In this document: positions 1-10,744 of the stretch, piece after piece
Numbering within the stretch: the first letter of the stretch is position 1
Layout: every line of letters starts with the position of its first letter
Source: Setoptus koraiensis
Lineage: Eukaryota; Animalia; Arthropoda
Direction: 5' to 3'
Length of the DNA stretch: 64,000 bases
Assembly (NCBI GenBank): GCA_048013815.1
Contig: CM106585.1
Coordinates: 4,216,001 to 4,280,000 of the forward strand
Translations under genes and position numbers: made by a program
Notes under the pieces: model-generated
The model's database searches: none
The model's input: the letters and a program-made list of their open reading frames with translations, nothing else
Told to the model about the DNA's origin: nothing

Positions 1-24
1 ACCTGTCCGCCTGTTCACCTGAGT

Positions 25-74
25 TGTGGTCACTCTGGCTGCTGTGGTCACTCTGGCTGCTGTGGTCACTCTGG
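25..74. repeat. 18-bp tandem repeat (TGTGGTCACTCTGGCTGC), about 2.8 copies
   Basis: Units start at 25, 43 and 61, read directly from the sequence. Confidence 0.9.
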
Positions 75-832
75 TGGTTGCAGTGGTGGTTGCAGTGGCC
101 GTGTTGTGGCGACACTGCTAAACTGATGCCACAACAACTGACGGCCGAGTAACGGCTCAACTGGCCGCTCGGCCGACGGCTGACCGCTGGACGCACGGCA
201 GCTGGCTCAATTGGCCGCTGCTGTGCGCAAATATCTTACTTATATCCATGAGCTCATACACAACGTCGGCGTTACGTAATGTCGGCGTTACGTAACGTTA
301 TGCATACGCCAACGTTATGTGACGACGACGTTGTGCTCAGGCCGACATTGCGCATGCATTGCACAGTAAATATTACATAAGTGGCGACAATATATAATAA
401 TAATATGGTTATCATTAGTATAACGCATGTATAACCAAATAACTGTCACCTGTCCCTTGGCTTGGCCCTAGCGGACAGGTGAGCCAGCGCAGTGCATGAG
501 CAGTGGCCAGCGCATGACAGCAATGGCACATTGAGCGGCGGTTGACAGCGGCAACTGTGACAGTTGACAGTGACAGCAAATAATAATCCGCATCCATAAT
601 GGCGAAATTATTCAACGTTGAGCGCGCCATTGTCGACCTCTCATTACTCTTGCATAATTATCCTTTGTTTAACCTTGTCTGCGACAACTGGCCGCTGGAT
701 GCTGCCAGCCATACGCATACTCGCCGCTGAGAGGCCGCCAGTGTGTACGCGAAGTGTCAGTTGGTCACTTGCAAAATTTGCCCAGTTTCTTGTGCGAAAT
801 CTCTCAATTCTCGCACTGGGCAAACTTTACAT

Positions 833-910
833 TTTTATTTTTATTTGCATTTATATTTGTATTTATATTTGTGTCTATATTTGTGTCTATATTTGTGTTT
901 ATATTTACAT
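833..910. repeat. Degenerate AT-rich 6/12-bp tandem repeat (TATATTTGTGTC-like)
   Basis: Seen directly; it produces the spurious (IYIC/LYLC)n ORF tails at 618-949. Confidence 0.8.
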
Positions 911-1814
911 CTAAGCGAGCGCAACACAGCAGGCCAACGGGCAGCATAACTGGACAAGTGGGCGCCTCTCAACATACGCTGCTGTTATTATTTTTATTAA
1001 TATTATTAATATTTTTCAAACCGGCCGGCCGTCACAATGTTGTCCGGTTGCGTTGTGCTGTCCGGTTGCGCTCGGTCGTAATCGCTGTTGGGCGCACTGT
1101 CTGGCGTGCCAGAGATGGCCTCATTGCGAGCTCATTGCACAGCAGCGGCAGCAGCAATCAACAACAAACAATAATCATACAATAATAAAAAGACAACAAG
1201 TGGGTGAGCTTAATTATTGCGTAATATCACGATACATTCGTTGCATCATGTGTCAGGCATGATGGATGCGTTGCGTCGGATGCTCCCAATTAGCGCCGGC
1301 TAATACACACACACATGGCGCATTTGGAGGCTCATTTTTGAGCATTCTCGGCCATTTTCGGGCATTTTTGAGCGTTTTTGAGCGCTTCTCGGATGCCTCT
1401 GACAGTGTCTTGTGAGTGTCTCTCACTCGAACACTTTGAGCGGCCGCAAACGTCGCCCGCTCGACACTCCGAGGCGACTAGTAACCCTTACGTAATGACC
1501 AGTAACCCTTACGTAACGCTGTCGCATGACAATCATGAGCAGCAGTCATGAAATGCACAGTTATTGCGGGCGCAACTGGAGTTATGAATGAGCTCATAAA
1601 CAAAATAGTATCGCCTGTCACGTGAAAAGTGTTTGCTGTGTCGCAGGCCGGCCATTGTTGGTGTCGCTAGTGTCGTCTGGGCCACTTCCGCTCGCCCGTC
1701 CGCTGGCCCGTCAAAAGAGTGTTGCGTCAGAGGCTGCCAGCGACAAACAACCGATGACGCATTTATTTATGTGTGATATTTATCACAGTGGCGCTCATTG
1801 TCGTTGCGATGCGA

Positions 1815-1890
1815 CCGCAACAACAACAGCCACAACAACAGCCACAACAACAGCGACAACAACAGCCACAACAACAGCGACATCAACAGC
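1815..1890. repeat. ACAACAGCC 9-bp / (ACA)n microsatellite
   Basis: Seen directly. Confidence 0.85.
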
Positions 1891-2500
1891 AATCTCGAAA
1901 AACGTTTTTACACTTTTGCATTTGGACTTTTTATTTGGATTTTTGGATTTTGAGGCCAAGTGATGACGAGGACAGTGTGTGCGAGTATCAAGGTAGCGGG
2001 CGCAATTAAATTGCGCATCGCGATCGCCATTGGTTGTTGGCCGCTGTCATTGATGCTAACGGGCAACTTGTAACCGATATAAGCGAGCACAAGCGAACAT
2101 AAGCAGATTAGCAAACAATAATGGGGCTTAGCGTGCGTAATAATGCGGCCAACAGCAGCCGGCCACAAAAGCAGTAGCAGCGACACAAACAAACACAGCC
2201 GGCGAGACAGAGATTTACAGTTATCTTGTTTATCTCTGGCATTGTGGCCTTGGTCTTGCCAGCGAACGGGCCGGCGAGTCGGCCGGCCGGTCGGTCGGCG
2301 AGTCGGCCCGATGGTCGGTCAGCGCATCGGCCAGCCCGGCAGAAGCCAGCGGACGGCCCGAGGAGAAGCCGGCGCTGAGCGTGGCGGCCACAATGCGTGT
2401 GCGGATAACAGTGAGCGGCTATTATGAGTAATATGATTAATCATATCATGGCAGCCTGTCAGCACAATGAATCACAATATCAACACGGCTCGTACGGCTC

Positions 2501-2552
2501 ACATATCTCGCATATCTCACAAGTCTCGCATATCTCACAAGTCTCGCATATC
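2501..2552. repeat. 18-bp tandem repeat (CATATCTCACAAGTCTCG-like), about 3 copies
   Basis: Seen directly. Confidence 0.8.
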
Positions 2553-5500
2553 GCATATATATTCATATCGGCCGGCTCACGAGACCCACGAGACTCGCCA
2601 GACTGGCCAGAGTCGCGAGACGCCAAGCGACGAGACGAGGCGCAATGAGACGAGATGCGACGAGGCGCCAAGCGATGAGACGAGCGACTATAATTGCGAA
2701 CAGATTGTTGCGTAACAGTGAGCACCAACTGAATAACTGGTCAAGTGGAGTGAATTACCGTTGCTCGACGGCGCTCAATGGTGCTGTGTGGCGTTCAATG
2801 GCGCTCTGTGCCGCTCAATGGTGGACAACAACAAACAACTTGTTCCAATGATTATCCCATTTTTATATTTATATTTCTTTCTTTGCCTCTTAACGATTTT
2901 ATGCTCTTTATTATTATTATTATGGTCTCGTTCGTTTGCAACAACAACAGCAACAACAACAGCAACAACGACAACATAACAGCTGCAGGCGATCATTGCA
3001 TATACTCACACAATTTATCTCTCAACACTGTGCTGGCATGGTATAGATAACGGCGGATAATGGCGAGTAATGTGTGCGTAGACTATTTATTTGTAGCCCA
3101 TTGGCGTCGATGAATGAATGGTCCGTGAATAGGCTGACCATGATACGCTCATGACGCAACATGGTGAATTTTCATGAGTGTTGGCCGGTTGGTGAATAGC
3201 GTCAGACAACGACGACGCCAACACAACAGTAACGGCCAACACAACAGTAACGGTCAACGGGTAACATATGGCCAAACGATGATGATTAAACGAGCATTAA
3301 TCAGGTGAGATATGATTCGCATCATGAGCAGCGGCGGCAACAACTTGCCAGCAACTGCTATAATATCAGCTGACCGACTGACCAATTGGCAGCAGTTAAT
3401 CACTCAAACTATTAACTTGATCATTTGCTAACCTATTATCGCCTGCTCATCGTCGTCATGATGCCATCATCTGACCGTTTGCTGCCGCTCGCTTGTTGGC
3501 AGCAACTTGGTGCTCACAAGCAACTTGTTGCCTCTGCATGTTGCCGTTGGTGGCGTCGTTGGTGCCGTCGTTGGCGCCGTCGGTGTTGCCGGCAACTCGT
3601 GATGACCGAGCCATACGTTGCACGGTTACGTAATGCCGGCCTGTGCCACACCGATGCCGGCATGCATGTCCAGTCAATAGCGAGCGACTGGATTGGGCGC
3701 TGCAGCCGACGGACGCCGTTACGTAATTTGTTGGCCGCTGTTGTTGTTGTTGTTGGACAGAGTAAATGTGAGCTAATATAAACAGTCTTGTGACTGGCAG
3801 TTGTAACAGGTGGCTGTTGCGGCTGTCACAGCGATGGGAGACACACAAACAAGGCGAGCAAGGGCGACAGGCGACGATATGCGCCAAATAATTTATATCT
3901 CGCATTTATATCTAACTAAGTGCTTACGTAAGATTGTCCCTGTTGCTGAGTCAGCGTGCACTGTCAGCGTAGACGCGCCGAGATAGCGTCACCTTGATTA
4001 AAAAAGGTGATGCTACCTGGCCCAGCTACGGCCGTCAGCTGACCATTATGAGCTGATGATTCGCCTGTGTGAGATGGTGCAAGATTCGGCATGAGCACAG
4101 GTGAATATTTGCAAAATTTATGCAACCTGTTGCTGCTGCTGCCGACGTTGCTGCTGTTGTTTTGGTGCCAACATGGCTCTGTCAGAGCTCTGTCTGTTGG
4201 CCAGCCCTGACAGTGTCAGGCTGACACTGGCAACGATGGCCGCCGCGCCAGTGATAGCAGCTCAGAGATATAGTTGGCTGGCAACTGATGAATTTAGATG
4301 CTAACAGGTTGTTGTTGGTTGTTAGTGACCACTGATTATACGCACAAACAAAATTTCGGCGCTTCATCACATGGCCGGTCGCTGGCGTTGCGCTGGCCAA
4401 AGTTGCGCTGGCCAAAGTTGCGCAACTTGCGCAACTTGGAAGCCAACGATGGACAGAGAATTTTAAGAAGAAACTTCTTTCTTTCTTTTAAATAGTCGCT
4501 GTGTGTTGCTCATGGGCGAACTTCAAATTCTCTCGGCGCATCCACGCAGTTACACACACAGTTACAGGTGAAGAATCAACAACGGCAACAGGTTGTCGTT
4601 GTTGATTCTGTTTAAGTTGCCGTGGCAGCTCCGCCAGAATCGGCTCACATCCAGCTCATCAGACGACTCAGGCTCACGGCGCGCAGCTCACAGCTCACGG
4701 CGAGCTCACGGCGGAGAGAGAGAGAGAAATTTAAATTATAACTAATATAACTCGCTCATTATTCGCCCGGCCCGGCCCACCGCTGCCCGTCGTTGGCGGG
4801 CCGGGTATCGCCAGGGATGCCCGTCGTCGGCCGGGTATCTTATCGTGTGTTTAGGTATATCGTTGTGCCAGCTAACGGTCCTGACAAGCTTCTGACAAGC
4901 TTGTGTCGCGCGCAATCCGAGGCGACCGGGTAGCTTTGTTAGCGGCGCTCTGTTGGCTTTGCGGGCAAGCGGGCGAGCTAGCCGGGTTCGTGCGTCAGTT
5001 GGAGTTGTTGTTGCAACTGAAGACTTTCTCGCCAACGAGTTACCTCAACAGGTTACTGCCGCTAACAACGAACCAAATGAATAATATAAAGATGATGAAG
5101 AAAAAGAAGATGCTCATCATGATCGTGCCGCTGCCACTAGTTGAGTTTGGTGTGCCCTAAATTGCAAAGTTCACAGTTTCACCTGAGTCACCTCTATCTC
5201 AAGGCGTCCACATTTGCTATTTACCGCTGCCACTACCGCCACCAGCACTCGCTCCAAAGAAGCTGGCGCTAATCTCTCGTCGAAGCTTCGCTCGAAGCTC
5301 GGCCGGCTCGCTGGCTGGCTGGCTGGCTTGCCTCTATCGCTTCTCAGCCGGCCGAGACTCGGCGAGCTGTGCGCCGGCGACTCTCGGCCGGCTGAGCCGA
5401 CCATGATGCTCGCCGATTTACATTATATTGTTCATGTTAGCGGATGATGCAAGCTGCAACTGAAGCTGCTTCGCTCAATGAGCGAACGCCGACAGAATGA

Positions 5501-7341
5501 ATGAATGGCTAACAACAACAACAACAACAACGACAGCAACGGCAACTGCCTCGGCCAGCAACAAGAAAAAATAAATGTTTGCTTATTACGTAATATTAAC
5601 CTAAATCGTGACTTGATCGTAACTTTTAATGCACTCATTTTATAGAAAAGAGCACTTGCAGTAACAGTTATAGCGGCGCCAACAACAACATGGCCATAAT
5701 AAGCGAAGGGCTCTCTCTCTCTCTCTCTCGCGCGCTCTGTATCTCGTCTCGTCTCGTTTCTGGGGAAATCTTGTCCGCTGCTTGTTTGCCGCTAATTCAA
5801 CAACAGCAACAACAGCAACAACGACAACGACAACAGCGGCAACGTCGGCCGATAGTCAACTGTCATTGGGACTGGTGGCATTGGCCAAAAGTGTGCGCCC
5901 AAATATGAGCCGCCGATATGCGTAAATAAATGAGCGTCATCATTGTCATCGACCGGTGCCATACCTGCCGCACCCGGCACATGACGGCCGTGATGTCGCT
6001 GGCGCGGGCCCACCGGTCAGCTGTGGCCCGCCGGTCAGCTGTGGCCGGCGACAGCGTCACAATCAGCTGCTTTGCGATCAGCTGGTGAGCAGCAGCAAAC
6101 TGTCAGTGGTTGCCAACTGTCATGACAGTTGATCTTGCCATGAGACACTTGACTCATTCGGCGTGCCATAGTGCACACAGGGCAACACGACGGTATACGC
6201 TAGACGGCGCAACTTGTTTTAAATTGTTCGTTGCGCAACTGGTCTGTTGATTAGTGTGTCGCAACAGATTGTTATCTTTGCAGTGCCGGGTCGCGCAATG
6301 TCAATTCGATAGGAGCCACCAATCAACTAACAAAACTAACTGTGCAATAAGATCTGACTGACAGACTTGATACACACTTGCTAGCTGCAAATCAACTAAA
6401 TCAATTGCCAACCTGGATAAATAGCGTTCCAAGCCACACACCAGAAACAAACAACAAGCTCTTTAGCGTGCCTAATGAGCCCAATTGAAACACTTAATGG
6501 CGACTGGTGGTGCAATCAATGCCATTCTCACCGACAACCCACGACGGACGAGCGACGACCGACAACCGCTGACCGTGCTGCCTTGCCAACTGCAGCGCCG
6601 CCAGCACTAACCAACTTTATTAAGCTCGCTAACTAATTAACTTAAACTCTCTCAACACAATTCAATGATAATAATATAATTTGTTTGATTGACGCCAGTT
6701 GCCGGGATCATATCAGCTAACCGCTGGCTGGTCTTGTTTAGATAATTCCGTTTTTGTTGTTATTGTTGTTGTTTCTTTTGGTGGTGGCTCGTTTTATTTG
6801 ATCACACACTTGCACTGTTGTCGATATAATTGATACTACCAACTGATAGTGGCTGAATCACAAATACGATTGGCGCATTATCGCGCCAAATTGTATTTTG
6901 CACTAGCACAAGTGTTGCCAGTCACTTTGTCCGGCTGCCGGGCTCGCCAGGCTGACCGATTGTGCGGTTTGGGGCCAATGTAGAGCCGAGCAACAAACAA
7001 ATTATGGCAAATGAAGGCAGACGGGCAAACAAGGAAATTGCGCCTGTCGTCTTACCCTGTCCGACACACAAACAAAAGCCCTATGACAGTGGCACTAAGT
7101 GAAATTAAAATTACACCATTAGTGCATTATTGCATTTGATTATCGACAAGATAGACAGCAGAAACTATCTGATCTCTTCTCTAGGTCGTTCTAGGTTGCT
7201 ACTTGGGATTAGCAACAATTATACAGGCTAATGATGGCCTGAGTGATTTCCAACAATATCTATACTGCGCAACTGGCAACTGCAACCACATCTAATGTAT
7301 ATTTGGGTGCAAATGAGATAGACACTGGTGCGATAAACCCA

Positions 7342-8564
7342 ATACCGTTGGTAGATGCGGCATTCACAGACCTAAGAGACGTCAACTGTACAGATAATCT
7401 GCATGACTTCGCAGTTGAAGTTGTGGTCACCTTATCTCAATTATGTGAGGAGACATCAAAACATCAGAAGCACCTCATGGATTACTTAGTCGATCAAGTT
7501 TTCACCCTTGAGGAAGCTTACCTCCGATCTGTTGCTAACGAGGAGAGCGCCAAATCAAGTAATTATACCAAAGTATTTACAGATGTTGCCGAAACAGCAT
7601 GTCCATCTCTAGTTTCCACTGATGATATATTGATGCACAAAAACTTCAAGCTCGTGGAGTTATTGTTGAAATGCCTAGAACATTACGATTTTGAAGTAGT
7701 GGAGGTAACTTTCGGATTCTGGTGGAGATTTGTTGAAGAAATACAGAGTAGTAGTAACAGTTCCAAGAATCCACAATTTGAAGATGCGATCAATAAATTA
7801 ATAATGGCTCTCATCAAGTTGTGCCAATGCGATCCAGATTCAGATACGGTCATAACAACAGAATTAGATCTGGACAGTTTTAGATGTAAAACTATGAATT
7901 TAATCAAGCATGCTCTATTTCTGAGATCTTTGGAGATGAAGAAGCCGCTAGAGAATCTTTGAGGTGTTGTGCAGCTATATCTCAATCAATTGTTGATTCT
8001 AGCGTCAGAGATCAGTTTCTATGTCAAATCATCAGACCTAATCTGGCTGCACTGCTACAAACGCTTAATCTTCAGCCATCTGATAACATGAAATATGATG
8101 AAGAACTTCCATCCAAGTATCTCGATAGGTTAGCCAATTTGTTTAGAGAATTGGACCTCCCTCACCATGATGGAGTTGGGCTGTCAATGAAAAATTACCC
8201 AGAGACTATTGATGACATGATGCGGCTCTTCAACAGATTCATTGAGAAGTGCCCTGAAGAATTTGTAGCTTGTCAAGCAATCCAATCAATCATCGAATTG
8301 AGCATATCATCTATCAGACTAGATCACCGAGATGCTAATCAAACTCTGGTAAAATTTTTGGTCCATTTCATCGAGCTGGGGCTCCCAGATAAGAGTTTGG
8401 CTCAGATTCGTGATGCCATTACATCACATTTGGGAGCTCGACTAGTTGATGCTGTGATAAAGGCATGCCTGTTCGATTTACCAACTCATTTTATTACTGA
8501 TGAAGCTGATATTTTGTATTTATTATTGCAATACGATAGAAATCTCTTTATATCTTGGATCGAG
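7342..8564 (+). pseudogene. Inverted, internally deleted partial copy of the neighbouring transportin-3 gene (three fragments)
   Basis: 7342-7924 = reverse complement of 12988-12406 (583 bp); 7930-8171 = rc of 11889-11648 (242 bp); 8184-8564 = rc of 11278-10898 (381 bp). I counted 13 substitutions in 1206 bp. Junction 1 frameshifts, and there is no 5' part or ATG context. Confidence 0.9.
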
Positions 8565-8668
8565 ACGACGAAATTTTTAACTGATCGACTAAACTCTGAC
8601 TAACACTCTGACGAAACTTGGACGAAATTTGAAAATTGGTGCACGAACAGGTGGAGAAAAGCGCTTAC

Positions 8669-8882
8669 CTTCATTTGAGCTGATGTCGCGTTCAACTCGT
8701 CGCAAACTGTCCGACGTTGATGCTGACATCCTGTCACGCAAGGGCTGATAGTTGTTAATGTCGATGATGCGAACTGGTTGCTGTTGATCACATTTATACA
8801 ATTGAACTGTGTCACCCAATATCAATAATAGGGCTAATAGAAGGCATGCTGTTGAGCCGGTAGCCCAATGCCGGGCTGCCAT
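8669..8882 (-). CDS. Putative first coding exon of an unidentified secreted or membrane protein (or a neuropeptide-like precursor)
   Basis: ATG at 8882 gives MAARHWATGSTACLLLALLLILGD, a signal-peptide-like start. The frame stays open to a strong donor AAG|GTAAGC (exon end 8669, phase 1). No family was recognised. Confidence 0.45.
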
Positions 8883-9500
8883 TTGATATGATGATCTGAA
8901 CAAATTTATCATTCTGAATTGGTACGATGTTCTTCTTGACAACTTCATGATGGAGCTCTTGGTAGAGCTAGTTGAATATGATTTGAATTTATTTTTGATT
9001 GATTTTTATGTTGATTTCGATGAACGGTATGAGTGGACAAATAGGACAAACGAGTGCGTGTAAATGGTGATAGTGGCATAGAATCGATGATAAACATCTC
9101 CTCTTGATGCTGGTGGGCTCTATCTCTTTCTTCTTTTAGTTTCTTTCATTTTCATTATTATTATTAACTTTCATCAATATTGATTGGTTGATTGTTATAG
9201 TTGATTGATTGCACTGGCTATAGTTGCTTCACCGAACTGATTGACCGCTAATTATTTCCGGCGCTACTGGTCACATTTGTTGGTTGGTAACTTTCTTTCG
9301 GTTAGGTGTATTTATTGATTTATTGGTGACAGATATTTCTCTCGTTCCTTGAAATGAAATGAAATTGCATTACATTTCATATATGTGCACACTCTAACCA
9401 AGACAAACCACAAATGACGCTAAGACGGCCAAACAACAAGACGATGAGAAAAGAACACACTCAAGAAGAACTTCTCGCCACTTACAGTTAGCCAGCAATG

Positions 9501-9512
9501 TGCGCATGCGCA
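9501..9512. promoter_or_regulatory. NRF1/Erect-wing consensus palindrome TGCGCATGCGCA upstream of MRPS24
   Basis: Exact match to YGCGCAYGCGCR in the divergent intergenic region 8949-10016. NRF1 is a known regulator of nuclear-encoded mitochondrial genes. Confidence 0.4.
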
Positions 9513-10016
9513 GTGTCTTAGTAACAGGTGTATTAGGTAACTGTCACTGGCGAGCTTGTCGGTCGGTGTGTTTGACGGCTCACAGATGGGGCCACTAACG
9601 CCATCTTCAAAATGCCCTCGCTTACTCGATGGGTAGGCCACTGTGTATAGCACAGACATGTGGACATGTGCATTTTATGCAATTTTGTAATCACGGTGTT
9701 CCCATTAGAAAATGGTACCATGGACGCATTAATTATGAAAACATGTGGGAGAAAGCGAACATGTGTTTACACTAAATTGTTAAATTAGTGCGCTGGAGAA
9801 GGTTCAGTTTAAATGGGATCTCGTGCGCTCTTTATGAAATATGTCCCGTTGCTCATTGTTTGTAGCATGAGCAGTTTAGTTTTGGCGATTCAAAACAATA
9901 AACATCTCGAGAAGCAAATGATTACTCTTGTTTAACTAGCCTCTCGAGACACTGTCAAACATTTAGTTCTTCAATCATTAGTGGTCATTTGGGCCTGATC
10001 GCTTGTTTGACCAACA

Positions 10017-10511
10017 ATGATTTTCACAAATATCCTAAGTTCAACATTGACCTCGAGGTGTTTGTTGAACGCCAGAAGGATACACACCACCGCAACTCTG
10101 TATAAGAAGAGGGCAGGTAGAAATAAACCAACTCGCAAGCATGACAAACCTCTTACCTATGAGCAAGCCAATCAGCCCTTCTATATTGGTGTGAGAAAAT
10201 CGTGGAATTCTTGGAATACAAGCGGATTCCCGGGAAGCTTGTGGGCAGCCGAAACAACTCACGAAGATATTCTAATCAGGAAATTTATCCACGGAACATG
10301 GATCAATATGCTAGAATCGGAAGTTATCATTAAACGACGGGCCAATTGTATATTCTTGAGCTATATCATTTGTAGAAACATAAATATACACCAGATCAAT
10401 TTTCTCATAGGCTACACAGAAGAAATTCTCAGTTATTTATTGAAGAGTAACGTTAAAGTTGAACTGCAAACTATTGATAATAAGAAGGAGCTTATTTATA
10501 AATACATATAG
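10017..10511 (+). CDS. MRPS24: Mitochondrial 28S ribosomal protein S24
   Basis: Presequence-like N-terminus (RRIHTTATLYKKRAGR), then PLTYEQANQPFYIGVRKSWNSWNTS and EDILIRKFIHGTW, typical of uS3m/MRPS24. Single exon; AATAAA near 10548. Confidence 0.9.
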   Translation: MIFTNILSSTLTSRCLLNARRIHTTATLYKKRAGRNKPTRKHDKPLTYEQANQPFYIGVRKSWNSWNTSGFPGSLWAAETTHEDILIRKFIHGTWINMLESEVIIKRRANCIFLSYIICRNINIHQINFLIGYTEEILSYLLKSNVKVELQTIDNKKELIYKYI

Positions 10512-10744
10512 AAACAGCGAATGGTGATTAAGATTTCGATATTCACAGAATAAATTAAGCCAACAAATACACTTGTGCATCTTTGGCATTGGTCATGAGC
10601 AAAACTGTGATAGGACATAATCAGTAGTTAGTGTGGAAGTAGTTGGTTCTATATCTGAGTGATTTCAAACGATTTTCTTGGCATGCTTATCTTCTAAGTT
10701 TTTATAATTATGTACAAGTAACAAAGATGATCCATTAAGACACA

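Larger units (their letters stand above)
272..6238. promoter_or_regulatory. Cluster of PAR/C-EBP-type bZIP palindromes (TTACGTAA x8, TTGCGTAA x2, TTGCGCAA x3); candidate enhancer region
   Basis: TTACGTAA at 272, 288, 1488, 1509, 3626, 3719, 3924 and 5586; TTGCGTAA at 1217 and 2708; TTGCGCAA at 4418, 4427 and 6231. The function is inferred from known PAR-bZIP and C/EBP consensus sites. Confidence 0.4.

Noticed and set aside
7243-8603. Transposon-mediated capture (Helitron or Pack-MULE) of TNPO3
   Set aside because: No terminal inverted repeats, target-site duplication or Helitron TC...CTRR ends were visible at the flanks.
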